From the human T2T-CHM13v2.0 reference genome, Homo sapiens, in assembly GCF_009914755.1 (NCBI RefSeq), contig NC_060935.1: a stretch of DNA of 64,000 bases. The stretch is one strand, 5' to 3'. The translations under genes and the position numbers were made by a program. Position 1 is the stretch's first letter, and each line of letters opens with the position of its first letter. Positions 25,377 to 37,600 of the stretch are shown piece by piece. The notes under the pieces are model-generated. The model saw only the letters and a list, made by a program, of their open reading frames with translations. It ran no database searches and was not told the origin of the DNA.

Positions 25377-28300
25377 AACAATCAGCCACATTATTCTTAC
25401 ATTGTTTTCATTTCTTTATAGCATCCTAAAGATGGTTTTCATGATTCTGCCTCTTTGAACTGGGGCCAGTTCTATGCGTCAGAGTTTCCTTTTTTTCCCT
25501 TTGGAGCCCATTATTTTTTCCTAAGAGTTTCAACAGGACAAGTCGCCACTCTGAGTTTGCCCAGAATTCCTTAGTTAAAGCACAGGTGGGAGATGGCTAT
25601 GTCACGTAACCTACAGCTGCAGTTCCCGGGAAAAGTAGAGCCTGTCTGTTGCTCTACAGCATCGCTTGTCTCAGAAGCAACTTGGCTGTTTCTCCTGGTT
25701 CTCTTATGGCTCATTGTCTTTGCCAATGCTGATTCCACTGCTTTAAATTTCCTTTCCGTGTTTATCAATCTAATGAATTAAAACTTCTCAATTTACAATA
25801 CAGAATAAACATTACCTCTTTAGGGATATCGTTTCTGATCCTCAGATAGAATTGCCTTCTCATTTGTATCCTGTTCATGAAGTCAATATATTACTTGAAG
25901 TACATGTATTGCATTTCTGTTCTGTTTTCAAGTCTATCTTTCCTGACTACATTGTAAGGACTAAGTCCAGTGGTTAGAGTCTGTCTTCACCATGCCCAAC
26001 ATAGCTGCATTCTGGATGTTTCAGGACATTGATCAATAAATCTTTCGTATCAAGTACCCCTTCCAAGAAGGAATTCATAAATATACAGACTTTTAATATA
26101 CACATACTTTCTCTGTGTTGGGAGGTAGACAGGTCTGATAGGTGATTACTGTTTTACTCTGAGAAGAGAGGAAATAGAGACAAAGTTGCTTGGGCAGGGA
26201 AGGGTGGGAATTTCTCCAGTCACACACTGAGTAAAGGCCTGAGCTGGGACTCCTGGGAGATGCCAGGTCTCCTGCTGCTGCCGCAGTGCTTCTCCTCCTT
26301 TGCTATACCTAAGGCAATCTCAGCCCTAATGTCCAGGAACCTTGGGAAAAGGATAATACCTCAGGGCTAACTTCTTCTGTAATTGCTCCTGGAAGCATTG
26401 CCATTGTCAGTGAGTTCATAAACAACAGTGCACTTCGGGCTCCTGTACTCACCTGCTCAGTGAGAGTGAGCGCTCCCAGAGAACCAATACAGTGACTTGC
26501 TCACTTTTTAAAATCCTATCTGAGATCTCTTTAGAACACAGCTTTCATCATTCACATATTTATTCATGTAACAAATAAACTTGTCATATTTAACACTTCC
26601 CCTATTCCAGGCTGCTAAGTGCTGGGCATACAGCAATAAGAGTGATTTGGTGGCAGCTCTCAAAAAACTCATAATCAGTTGAGAAACAATTACAAAACAT
26701 GACTGTTGAGGGTTAGTAAGACAGAAGACACATTGAAGCATTCAATGAAGTTCCTGAAGAAATGAAAGAATGAATGAATGAATTTTCATCCCATGTGTGT
26801 TTAATAAAACCAGCTTCATAAAGTTCTGTTGGTAACTCGAGCCACATCCCAGTTGGCCCACAGCCTATGTTACCACTTGTTAGGCTTCTCTATTCCTTTC
26901 CTGGAGCAACATTTACTCATTCATGAGTGGACTTTCCCTTCCTAATGTCTTGCCCACACCTTCCTGCTGCAGAGACTGTGCACTATGATTGCTCTGTTTC
27001 TGGTGGCAAGAGAACTCCTGCTGCAAATCTGGTTTAAACATCCACTGAGCCCTTTCTATTCAGTCAGGAAACCAATTAAAGTGGGGAGATACAGTGAGAA
27101 GGTATCCTTTCCCTAACCCCTCCCTGTAGGCCTTGATCCTCTTTTCAAAGCATGAGGTTTCAAATGGAGCTGGCACATTCAAGAAGCAGAAATTGGCCCA
27201 AATAAAATTTATTTTTTAATATTTCCCTTAGGTACAGTTTTGCACGACTCCAGGGATATCATTAATTTGGATTACAATGTAAGCATCTCCTTGGAATTAT
27301 ACATCTCCTTTAAAGTTTTTGAAAGACTTCTAGCTGATTTCTTAGAATTAATTCCTACCCAGGAGCTCTGATTTTTGCTTATTTGTTTGCTTGTTTTTCC
27401 CATTCTCTGCCACTATTATACTTTCTGAGTCAGAAGTAATCCAAAAGGTGCTACTTATGTTATTTGGTTTCTGTTTCCTCATCTACAAAGTGGAATTGGA
27501 TGATTACATTGACTTCACATGCTGAAATGCAGTGATGCATTTTCTGCATATTGACCTGTGGGAAATATTAGGGCTGGCATCTGGAGGACTTCCCAAAACT
27601 AGAGAATTTCAAATCTCTTTTACGACGGCCCATACTTAAGATAGACATGTTGAGAACTGGAAACCAAAGACTGACAGTCCAGATTCATCAGGGGTGGGGA
27701 TGGGGTGAAGGGAAGAGACAAGCTCTGCAAAGTCTCTTTACACATCACCTGGACCTTTCTTTCCTTCCACCTCTGGCCTCAGAAGACAGAGCAGGATGAG
27801 CCAGTGACTTCAGGATTAGCAGACCAAGACTAAACTTCAAAATTTTTCATGTCAAGGTGGGACTACAGGACCTCACCCACCTTCAGCCTTCGGCTTTATC
27901 ATCTTCCAGGGGAGGTCTAGACCACGGGTCTACCTACATGGCATAAATACACACAATACTCAAAATGCAAAGTATTGAAAGTTTATATTTTAGGTCTTTA
28001 CTGACATGCCTCTACTCTCCATTGAACGGAAACATACTGCTTTGCATGTACTTATTGATGCCTGCACTCTGCTAGGATTTGCTGAAATCTGAGGTAACTA
28101 AAGCACCATTTTTTCTCATGGTGTGCACAGCATGGAGGCTGACACACACCAGATCATTATGGCATAGAGGAGGAAGTGGGTATGATGAGAACAGAATGGA
28201 ACAAATACTGTGGGAGCACAGAGATGGGTTCTAAGGAAGAGATGTGAACTTTTAGCTCTGTATTCCAGGCACTAAGCATTACACTGGAGAAACAGTTATT

Positions 28301-28641
28301 GGTCAAAAATTGCTTGTTGATTTGAGTGTGAAAAAATAATAACATTATGTTTGGCTCTGTGCAGAGTAGAAAATACTGATGAAGCTTTCCCCTTTTGGAA
28401 AGTACTCTAAAACGGAGCCCTGACATCACAGTTTGGTTCTAAGTCATGTTTGAAAACCACGAAAAGCTGATGTACCAGGAGCTGCCTTTAATACGGTTTT
28501 GTCTGGCCTTTTCTTAGTCACTGTGATTATAGATTTGTTTATTTGAGGGAAGAGAGGCACCGTGAGGTCTCTGCCCGCCTACAAATGGAAAATGGAGTCC
28601 CTCAGTCAACAAGCTCACTTGATAGCTTCTGTAAATGTTTA

Positions 28642-31007
28642 TCTTGTTAGTCCATTGTTTTGCTTTAAGAAAATACCTGAGACTTTAAGAAAATTACCTC
28701 AGGGTAATTTATAAAGAAAACAGACTTAATTGGCTCAGGCTGCAGACTGTACGAGCATGGCACCAGTGTCTTCTAGGCTTCTGGCAAGGCCTCAGGATGC
28801 TTGCAATCATGGTGGAAGGCAAAGAGAGAGCTGGCACATCACATGGTAAGAATGGGAGCAGGAGAGAGAAGGGGGGGGTCTCAGGCTCTATTAAACAAGA
28901 AGCTCTCACATGAACTAACTGAAGGAGAACTCACTCATCACCAAGGAGATAGTGCTAAGCCATTCATGAGAGATCGACCCTCATGATACAATTACCTCCC
29001 ACCAATGTTGGGGATCACATTTCAACATGAGATTTGGAGGGTACAAACATCCAAAATGTATCATTATGCCCTGGCACTTCAAATTTTATGTCCTTCTCAC
29101 GTTGCAAAATACAATCATCCTTTACCAATAGTCCCCCAAAGTCTTAACTCATTCCAGCAACAAGTCCAAAGTCCTAAGTCTCATCTGGGACTCATCTCCT
29201 TTCACCTATGAGCCTGTAAAATCAAAACAAGTTATTTACTTCCAGCATACAATGGTGGTACAGGCATTGGTTAAATATTCCCAATCCAAAAGAGAGAAAT
29301 TGTCCAAAAGAAAGGGGCAATAAGTCCCACACAATTCTGAAATCCAGCAGGCAGACATTAAACCTTAAAGCTCCAAAATAATCGCCCCTTACTCCATGTC
29401 CTTCATTTAGGGCATATACTGGTGCAACAAGTGTGCTCCTTGGGAGCTTGGGAAGTCCACCCCTGTAGCTTTGCAGGGTGTGGTCCCTGTGACTGCTCTC
29501 ATGGACTGGAGTTGAGTACCTGTGGCTTTTCCAGGCTCAGGATGCAAGCTACTGTTGGCTCTACTATTCTGGGATCTGGAGGGCAGTGGCCCCCCTTCCA
29601 CAGGTCCACTAGTCAGTGGCCCAGTGGAGACTGTGTGGACACTCTGACACCACATTTCCCTTCAGCGCTGGCTTACTAGAGTCTCTCTGTTAGTGTTCTT
29701 CCCCTGCAGCAGGCTTCTGCCTAGGCACTCAGGCTTTCCAGTATATCCCCTGAAATTTAGGGGGAAGCCTGCAAGCCTCCTTCATGCTTGCTTTCTGTGT
29801 GCCTGCAGACTTAACACCACATGGAAGCTGCCAAGAGTTACAGCTGGCACACTCTAGAGTGGCAGCCCAAGCTGCACCTAGGGCCCTTTGAGCCATGGTT
29901 GTAGCTGGAGCAGTCAGGATGCAGGGAGCAGTGTCCCAAGGCTACACAGGAGAGTGGTCCCTAGGCCTGGCCCCCAAAACCATTTTTTTCTTCCTGGGCC
30001 TCTAGGCCTGTGGTGGGATGGACTACCTCAAAATACTCTGAAATGCCTTCAAGACCTTTTTTCCCATTGGCTTGGATATTAGCACTTGGCTTCTTTATAG
30101 TCATACTAATCTCTCTAGCAAGTGATTTCTCCAGAGCTTACTTGACTTCCTCCCTGGAAATGCTCTTTCCTCTTCTATCACATTGCCAGATTGTGACTTT
30201 TCCAAATGTTTATGCTCTCCTTCCCTTTTAAATATAAGTTCCTACTTTAAGTCATTTATTTGCTCCTATATCTGATTGTAGCCTGTTAGATGCAGTGAGG
30301 CCATCTCTTGCATGGTTTGCTGCTTAGAAATTTTTTATTCCAGATACACTAAGTCATCCCTTTTAAGTTCAAACTTTCATAGGTCCCTAGGACATGGACA
30401 CAATGCAGCCATGCTCTTTGCTCGGGTGCAACACAAATGACCTTAATTCCAGCTCCCAATAGCTTCCTCATTTCCATCTGAGAACTCATCAGCCTGGATT
30501 TTACTGTCCATATTTCTTCACTTCACTTCAAGTTCATGTGGACTTAGTTCATTTCTTCACTTCAAGTTCATATGAACTTCACTGCCCATATTTCTATCAG
30601 CATTTTGGTCACAATTATTTAACCAGTCTCTAAGAAGTTCCAAACTTTCCCTTGTCTTCCTGTCTTCTTCTGAGTTCTCTGAACTCTTCTAACCTCTGCC
30701 CATTACCCAGTTCCAAAGCAGCTTCCACATTTTCAGGTGTCTTTACAGCAACTACCCTATACTTGGTACAAATTTCCTTTGTTAGTCCATTGCATCACGA
30801 TAAAAAAATATCTGAGGCTGGGTTATTTATAAAGAAAAGTTTAATTAGGTCCCAGTTTTGCAGGCTGCACAAGCATGGGTGCCAGCTTGTTTTTGGTGAG
30901 GCCTCAGAAAGTGTGCAATCATGGCAGAAGACAAAGGAGGAGCTGGTACATCACATGGCAGGAGTGGGAATGAGAGAGAGAAGGGGGAGGGGGAGGTCCC
31001 GGACTTT

Positions 31008-31050
<43 letters not shown>

Positions 31051-31523
31051 TTTGAGATGGAGTTTCACTCTTGTTGCCCATGCTGGAGTCCAATGGCATG
31101 ATCTCTGCTCACCGCAACCTCCGCTTCCCCAGTTCAAGCGATTCTCCTGCCTCAGCCTCCTAAGTAGCTGGGACTAGAGGCGTGCACCACCATGTCCAGC
31201 TAATTTTGTATTTTTAGTTGAGACCGGGTTTCACCATGTTGTCTAGGATGGTCTTGATCTCTTGACCTCGTGATCCGCCTGCCTCGGCTCCCGAAGTGCT
31301 GGGATTACAGGTGTGAACCACCGAGCCCAGTTAGGACTCTTTTAAATAACCGGATCTCGCATGATCTAACTGAGAAAGAACTCACTCATCACCAAGGAGA
31401 TAGTGCTAAGCCATTCATGAAGGATCTGTCCCCATGATCCAATCCCTCCCACTAGGCCCCACCTCCAACACTGGGAATCACATTTCAACAGATTTGGAGG
31501 GGAGCCAGGTCCAAATCATATCA
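28642..31523 (-). mobile_element. Full MST (MaLR) provirus, LTR-internal-LTR
   Basis: Two homologous LTRs (~28642-29063 and ~30777-31523, sharing AACTCACTCATCACCAAGGAGATAGTGCTAAGCCATTCATGA) flank a MaLR internal region antisense-homologous to the THE1 internal region. Confidence 0.9.
31005..31333 (-). mobile_element. AluS inserted in the MST LTR, with (TTTA)n tail
   Basis: Antisense Alu flanked by GGACT(C)TTTT direct repeats. Confidence 0.9.
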
Positions 31524-32926
31524 ACTACAGGCACATTTGAGTTAGTCATATGCTTTATATTTTGGACATAAGGATTCTTCATGTTATAATGAAGTTAGTC
31601 ATCTATTTTCATTGGTTCAGAATATTTAAGTTTACTTACAATCATGATAGAGTAATACAGCTTAACTAATTAATGTCTATATTTGGGCTGGAATTGCAGG
31701 TATTCATTGTTTTGATTTTGGGTGGAAATCATGCAAATTAGATGTTCTGTTTGTCAGTTTCTTTTGTTCCCTATTCTATCCCCACCTTTTGGCAGAATGC
31801 TAGGTGAAGAGTAATTGCTCAATATATTACTTGAATAGAAATTTAAAATGTTACAAATATTTTATTTTTCATTAAAAAAGTGACTGGAGGACAATTTGCT
31901 ATCTGTATAACAAATTTATCTTATCTGACAATATCCTTTACAATTTTAATTATGTAGGGTGATAAAAGAAGTCCTTGGGACTGAGAGGTATGGTATTGTA
32001 TTCAATTTTGGAGAAATGAGATAAAAATGGACCTGGACCTGCAAAAGCCATCTTGTGATAAGTACTAGGTGAACATCACACTGTATCACATAAATATGTA
32101 AAATCATTTTTATCAATAAAAACATAATTAAATTAAATTTAAAAATACACTAAAGTATAAAAATATAATGAAAATGCCATAAGCATCACTACTCCAAGCA
32201 GCTATTTTTTATCATTTGGATATATTTCCTGAATTCCTTTCTTTACGTACGTATTCCAGTATAGAATTGGTACCAAGCCTTATGGGCGATAGTTTTTCTT
32301 TTCAATTTAAGATTATATCTTGCTTATTTGTCAAATTTTCAGATAGTCCTTTCAAATAAAATAGTTAAATGGCACCTGATATTCAACAGAGTATTGCTTC
32401 ATCTGTAATCTTATAGGACAATATTTGAATCATTTTATATTTTGTTTTTATAAGGCATGATTTTATGCATGTCTTTGTACATATGCACTTTATTTTTATA
32501 AACATATTCTCAGATGAAGAAATATATGTACTTTTAAATTATTTGATGTAAATTTCTAAATTTCTTTTAAGCAAAGTGTACCTACTTCTACTGACAGTGT
32601 AAAAACAACTTTTTTACCTTAATCATCTGTGGGAGATGACATTCTTTTAAAATATTCACTGATTTAATAGGTAAAACTACTTTTATTGTTTCCATGTGAT
32701 GATGAATATGTAGTCAACAAAGTTGTTCTTATCCATCACATCTCTCAGGTATCTCTTTTCTAGGTACCCTGAAAATTGTTTCTCTTGCCTCTAGAGGGTT
32801 GCTTACCTCTGAGCCAGTTATTTACAGAGCTGACTTAGTGATAATAAGTAATAGCCTGTCAAATGTTCATTAATGTCCCCACATTAGTGGGGCAATGTAA
32901 GTGATGGGGATACACTGACCCTTTGC

Positions 32927-33874
32927 TCAGGGGATGTTTCCACAACATCCTTGGATAACCCTGTCCCCGATCTGTTTGGTTCTAACTCCATAAATGATGG
33001 GGTTGAGCATGGGAGGTATCAGTAGATAGAGATTAGCAAACAGGATGTGTACAACTCGGGGCACATCATGGCCAAAGCGGTAGGTGAGGAAAGAAAAAAG
33101 GGCTGGGATATAAAGAGCCAAGATGACACAGATATGGGAGGAACGTGTGCTAAAAGCTTTGAGGCGGGCTTCACCTGAGGGCAACTGAAGCACAGCTCTC
33201 AAAATCATCACGTATGACATACCAATGACAATCATATCAAAGCCAGCCACAGAGAAGGCCACAAAGAGCCCATTCCCACGACTTATGCTTGTATCAGCAC
33301 ACACCAACTTCAGCACAGCCATGTGCTCACAGTATGACTGGGGAATGGCTTGGTGTTGGCAGAAGGGCATCCTAGACACCATGAAGCAGAAGGGGCTCAC
33401 CCACAGCAGCCCTCTCAGCATCACGATGGTCCCCAGTTTGATCACGACCGATGGGGTCAGGATGCTAGAGTGTCGGAGTGGGAAGCAGATAGCCACGTAG
33501 CAGTCCAGGGCCATAGCCATGAGCACCCCAGACTCCACAGAAGAAAAGGCATGGATGAAGAACACCTGGATGAGGCAGGCATGGTACTGAATCTCATGAG
33601 CATGAAACCAGAATATGGCCAACATCTTAGGTTGAGTGGAGGAGGAGAGGACCAGGTCAGTGATGGCCAGCATGGCCAGAAAGAGGTACATGGGCTCATG
33701 CAGGGTGTGGTCAATTCTGATTACATGGAGGAGAGTGATATTTCCAACAACAGCCACAGCATACGTGGCACAGAACGGAAAGGCAATCCACAACTGGAAA
33801 CTCTCCAGGCCTGGGATTCCAAGCAGGATGAAGGACACAGGATGAGAAGAGCTGTTCCCTGAAGCCAGCACCAT
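32927..33874 (-). CDS. OR52R1: Olfactory receptor 52R1 (315 aa from MVLASGNSS)
   Basis: Intact single-exon 7TM ORF with LHEPMY, MALDCYVAIC, SYCEHMAV and PPMLNPIIYGVRTK. The ATG at 33874 follows a splice acceptor at 33917. The open frame extends upstream to 34111. Confidence 0.93.
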   Translation of the reverse strand: MVLASGNSSSHPVSFILLGIPGLESFQLWIAFPFCATYAVAVVGNITLLHVIRIDHTLHEPMYLFLAMLAITDLVLSSSTQPKMLAIFWFHAHEIQYHACLIQVFFIHAFSSVESGVLMAMALDCYVAICFPLRHSSILTPSVVIKLGTIVMLRGLLWVSPFCFMVSRMPFCQHQAIPQSYCEHMAVLKLVCADTSISRGNGLFVAFSVAGFDMIVIGMSYVMILRAVLQLPSGEARLKAFSTRSSHICVILALYIPALFSFLTYRFGHDVPRVVHILFANLYLLIPPMLNPIIYGVRTKQIGDRVIQGCCGNIP

Positions 33875-34156
33875 GGACTGGTTAATATGGTCTCTGCTGG
33901 GAACGCAATCTACTCTCTGCAGATGATAACAATCAAAACAAGTGTTATTATTATATACAAGGCTTTTGGATGGGACTATTGGATACCAGGGTGATTGGGT
34001 TTGATTATAAACTAGAATAATTTCAACTGTTTTAATAAATAATATGTTACAACATGACATGATGTTACTGTTGTTTTTCGTACTTATGTCATTCAAAATG
34101 GGGTAGAACATACTAGTTGCATGTGTAACTGTTTTTTAAGAATCAATATTTTTCTT

Positions 34157-34480
34157 GACCAGGTGTGGTGGCTTACACCTATAATCCTAGCACTTTGGGA
34201 GGCTGAGGCAGGCAGATTGCTTGAGGTCAGGAGTTCAAGACCAGCCTGGCTGACATAGTGGAACCCCTTTTCTATTAAAAATACAAAAACAAAACAAAAC
34301 AAAAAAAAACCCCATTAGCCAGGCATGGTAGAGCACGCCTATAGTCCCAGCTACTCAGGAGGCTGAGGAAGGAAAATCACTTGAACCCAGGAGTTGGACG
34401 TTGCAGTGAGCTGAGCTCACACCACTGCACTCCAGCCTGGGTGTCAGAGCGAAACCGCCTCAAAAAAAAAAAAAAAAAAT
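34157..34480 (+). mobile_element. AluS
   Basis: Full Alu with 17-bp TSD GAATCAATATTTTTCTT (34140-34156 and 34481-34497). Confidence 0.92.
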
Positions 34481-34815
34481 GAATCAATATTTTTCTTGAA
34501 AGTAGCATCTGCTAAGGGAAAATCATCATGACAAGTAATATTATAGTAATTCTTGCTCTTCAGTTCTATAGAACTAACAGCTGATTAGCTTAAACTTTTC
34601 CACAGGTCCTTTTTAAACCTCTGGTTAGCCACTTGGCCAATTTCTCAGAGTAGGAAGTCAGTAGAGTTTGCAAGCCTATAGCAATTTATGTATTGCTTTG
34701 AAGTTAGCTTTGAATCTAGGTCAGTTACCACAAGGGCTTGGGTGGGAAGTTAATCTACTGACCAATTGTACATTTATAATTTAATTTATTATCTTTAGTG
34801 TAGGTTTCTCCTAGA

Positions 34816-35039
34816 CAAGAAGTTAGCAAACTTTTTTTCTTTAAAAAGTGAGATCACAAAATTTTGAGAAATTGTGGCCTATACTGTCTGTTGCAGCAGA
34901 TCAATTCAGCCATTGTAGTGTGAAAGTAACCATAGTCAACACATAAATGTGTGAGTGTGGTGTGTTCCAATAAACCTTTGTTTACAAAAATGGGTTGCAA
35001 GCAGGTGTTGGTTTCCAGGCTATAGTTTGCCAACCTCTG
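34816..35039. mobile_element. MER58A-like hAT DNA transposon
   Basis: Termini ...TTAGCAAACT and TAGTTTGCCAACCTCTG; internal GTGTTCCAATAAA. Confidence 0.7.
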
Positions 35040-35604
35040 TCCTAGAAGAGGAATTTTTCATGAAGTCAGCTGTGAACCCCACACTATCTCTAGCATCTCT
35101 GTGCTTGGTGCAGAGTAGGAATTTAATAAAATATTCCTGAGGAAAGTAGCAAATAAATGTCATTATTCAAAGGCAGCAGACTCATTAACTGATTAACAAT
35201 ATTCTAAATACCCAGACAGAGCCCTATTGACTACCTTGAGGCCATAGAGGTTGCCCTGCTACAGTAGATACTGTGTGAGCCCCACTGTCTGTCTCTATTC
35301 ATCTTACCTGAGTTTATTCCACTCTTTGAGTTTTTTGGTGATCACTATCAATCTCAGAATCGATGGCACAAAGCTCATTTTGTTCTTACCCAACACTTTT
35401 TCACTAAACTCAGTTGCCTGTGCTTTGTTTGAAAGCCTCAGTTCTTACCACCTTCAAAAGAGAAACACCTGGGCAAGAAAAGTATGCATTTAAATACCCA
35501 TCACCTCTTGGAACTAATACATGTCTCATTCACTAGAAAAAAAAAAATCCTGAAAAGAATTTCTTCAAGATCCCCCAAAGGCCTTATCTTTTCCTAAATT
35601 TCTC

Positions 35605-36149
35605 TTACATTTGCTGAGGAGTGCTTTAATTCCAACTATGTGGTCGATTTTGGAATAAGTGCGATGTGGTGCTGAGAAGAGTGTATATTCTGTTGATTTG
35701 CGGTGGAGAGTTCTGTAGATGTCTGTTAGGTCCGCTTGGTGCAGAGCTGAGTTCAATTCCTGGGTATCCTTGTTAACTTTCTGTCTCGTTGGTCTGTCTA
35801 ATGTTGACAGTGGGGTGTTAAAGTCTCCCGTTATTATTGTGTGGGAGTCTAAGTCTCTTTGTAGGTCTCTACGGACTTGCTTTATGAATCTGGGTGCTCC
35901 TGTATTGGGTGCATATATATTTAGGATAGTTAGCTCTTCTTGTTGAATTGATCCCTTTACCATTATGTAATGGGCTTCTTTGTCTCTTTTGATCTTTGTT
36001 GGTTTAAAGTCTGTTTTATCAGAGACTAGGATTGCAATCTCTGCCTTTTTTGGTTTTCCATTTGCTTGGTAAATCTTCCTCCATCCCTTTATTTTGAGCC
36101 TATGTGTGTCTCTGCACGTGAGATGGGTCTCCTGAATACAGCACACTGA
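35605..36149 (-). mobile_element. Isolated L1PA ORF2 endonuclease-domain fragment
   Basis: ORF 35565-36161 (CCIQETHL...NIYAPN...GDFNTPL...SKIDH) is L1 EN. No 3'UTR or poly-A; flanked by TAAAT(T/C)TCTC. Confidence 0.92.
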
Positions 36150-36620
36150 TAAATCTCTCAAGATTTATAACAGACTGGGAGAAATAGGGCTCAGACTTTA
36201 TAAGTCTAGATTTAAACTGGAATCTTGACCATCCTGCCAGAGAATAAGATATAGGTTTGCTCAAAACAAATACTTGTATGTAGAGTATGGTAAAAATTCA
36301 AAACCACCTATATCCGGGGTCCACCTATATCTCTGTCCCCCTTTGCCTGTCCCAGACTTTCCAAGCTGTTTTGTATATTCTGTTTGAGCCGAAGTCTTTC
36401 TGTCACTTGCCCCTGTATATCACCCTCAAATTGTCGTGGGGACAGTCCCCCAGCTTCAGGGGTACCTTGAAATGCATACCCAGACCATCCTCATTGCTGT
36501 ACGAGGCAATATAAGGGGTGCTGGCCAAATCCCGGAACTTAAAGTAAAATTTAAAAAATAAATAAATAAATAATTGTTATTTTTGGAGACTTAGCACTAT
36601 AGACTTAAACAATTTTTTTT

Positions 36621-37270
36621 AATAAACTTACGTGTGCATGTGTCTTTAGAGTAGCATGATTTATAAACCTTTGGGTAAATACCCAGTAATGGGATCGCTG
36701 GGTCAAATGGTATTTCTAGTTCTAGATCCTTAAGGAATTGTCACACTGCCTTCCATAATGGTTGAACTAATTTACACTCCCACCAACAGTGTAAAAGCAT
36801 TCCTATTTCTCCACATCCTCTCCAGCATCTATTCATGATAGCAAAGACTTGGAACCAACCCAAATGTCCATTAATGATAGACTGGATTAAGAAAATGTGG
36901 CACATATACCCCATGGAATACTATGCAGGCATAAAAAAGGATGAATTCATGTCCTTTGCAGGGACATGGATGAAGCTGGAAACCATCATTCTAAGCAAAC
37001 TGTCACAAGGACAGAAAACCAAACACCGCATGTTCTTACTCATAGGTGGGAGTTGAACAACGAGAACACATGGATACAGGGTGGGGAACATCACACACTG
37101 GGGGCCTGTCTGGGGGTGGGGGGTTGGGGGAGGGATAGCATTAGGAGAAATACCTAATGTAAATGATGAGTTGATGGGTTCAGCAAACCAACGTGGCACA
37201 TGTATACATATGTAACAAACCTGCACATTGTGCACTTGTACCCTAGAACTTAAAGTATAATTTTTAAAAA
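36621..37270 (+). mobile_element. 5'-inverted (twin-primed) L1PA 3' end
   Basis: An antisense L1 segment (~36621-36830) is joined to a sense segment (36831-37270) ending CCCTAGAACTTAAAGTATAA plus an A-rich tail. Confidence 0.9.
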
Positions 37271-37282
37271 ATGATAAAAAAT

Positions 37283-37600
37283 TTGTTTATTTGCTTGTTC
37301 TTTTTCTTTTATTTTTGAGACATGCTTTCACTCTGTTGTCCAGGCTGGAGTGCAATGGTGTGATCACAGCTCACTCTAGCCTTGAACTTCTGGGTTTAGG
37401 TGATCCTCCCACCTCAGCCTTCTGGGTAGCTGGAACTACAGATACGCACCACAACGCCCAGCAAATTTTTTGTATTTTTAATAGAGACAGGGTCTCACTA
37501 TGTTACCCAAGCGTGTCTCAAACTCTTGGGCTCAAGTGACCAGCCAGCCTTGGCCTCCCGAAGTGCTGGAATTAAAGACATATGCCACTATGCCCAGCCC
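37283..37600 (-). mobile_element. AluJ
   Basis: Diverged antisense Alu with a degenerate T-tail. Confidence 0.85.

Noticed and set aside
28709-31101. Multiple ORFs up to 149 aa
   Set aside because: Derived from the MST provirus and an Alu.
31005-31333. Alu with apparently mixed Sc-like and Sp-like diagnostics (possible chimera)
   Set aside because: Minor AluSg-type subfamilies can combine such features. This cannot be resolved without alignment.
34562-34600. 14-bp palindrome AGTTCTATAGAACT and an AAACTTTTC motif reminiscent of the class I OR J enhancer
   Set aside because: Short AT-rich motifs are expected by chance, and there is no clustered O/E plus homeodomain array around them.
35565-36161. 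198-aa ORF as a domesticated nuclease gene
   Set aside because: It has a non-ATG start, an incomplete EN domain and near-consensus L1 sequence. Kept only as an insertion-mechanism finding.
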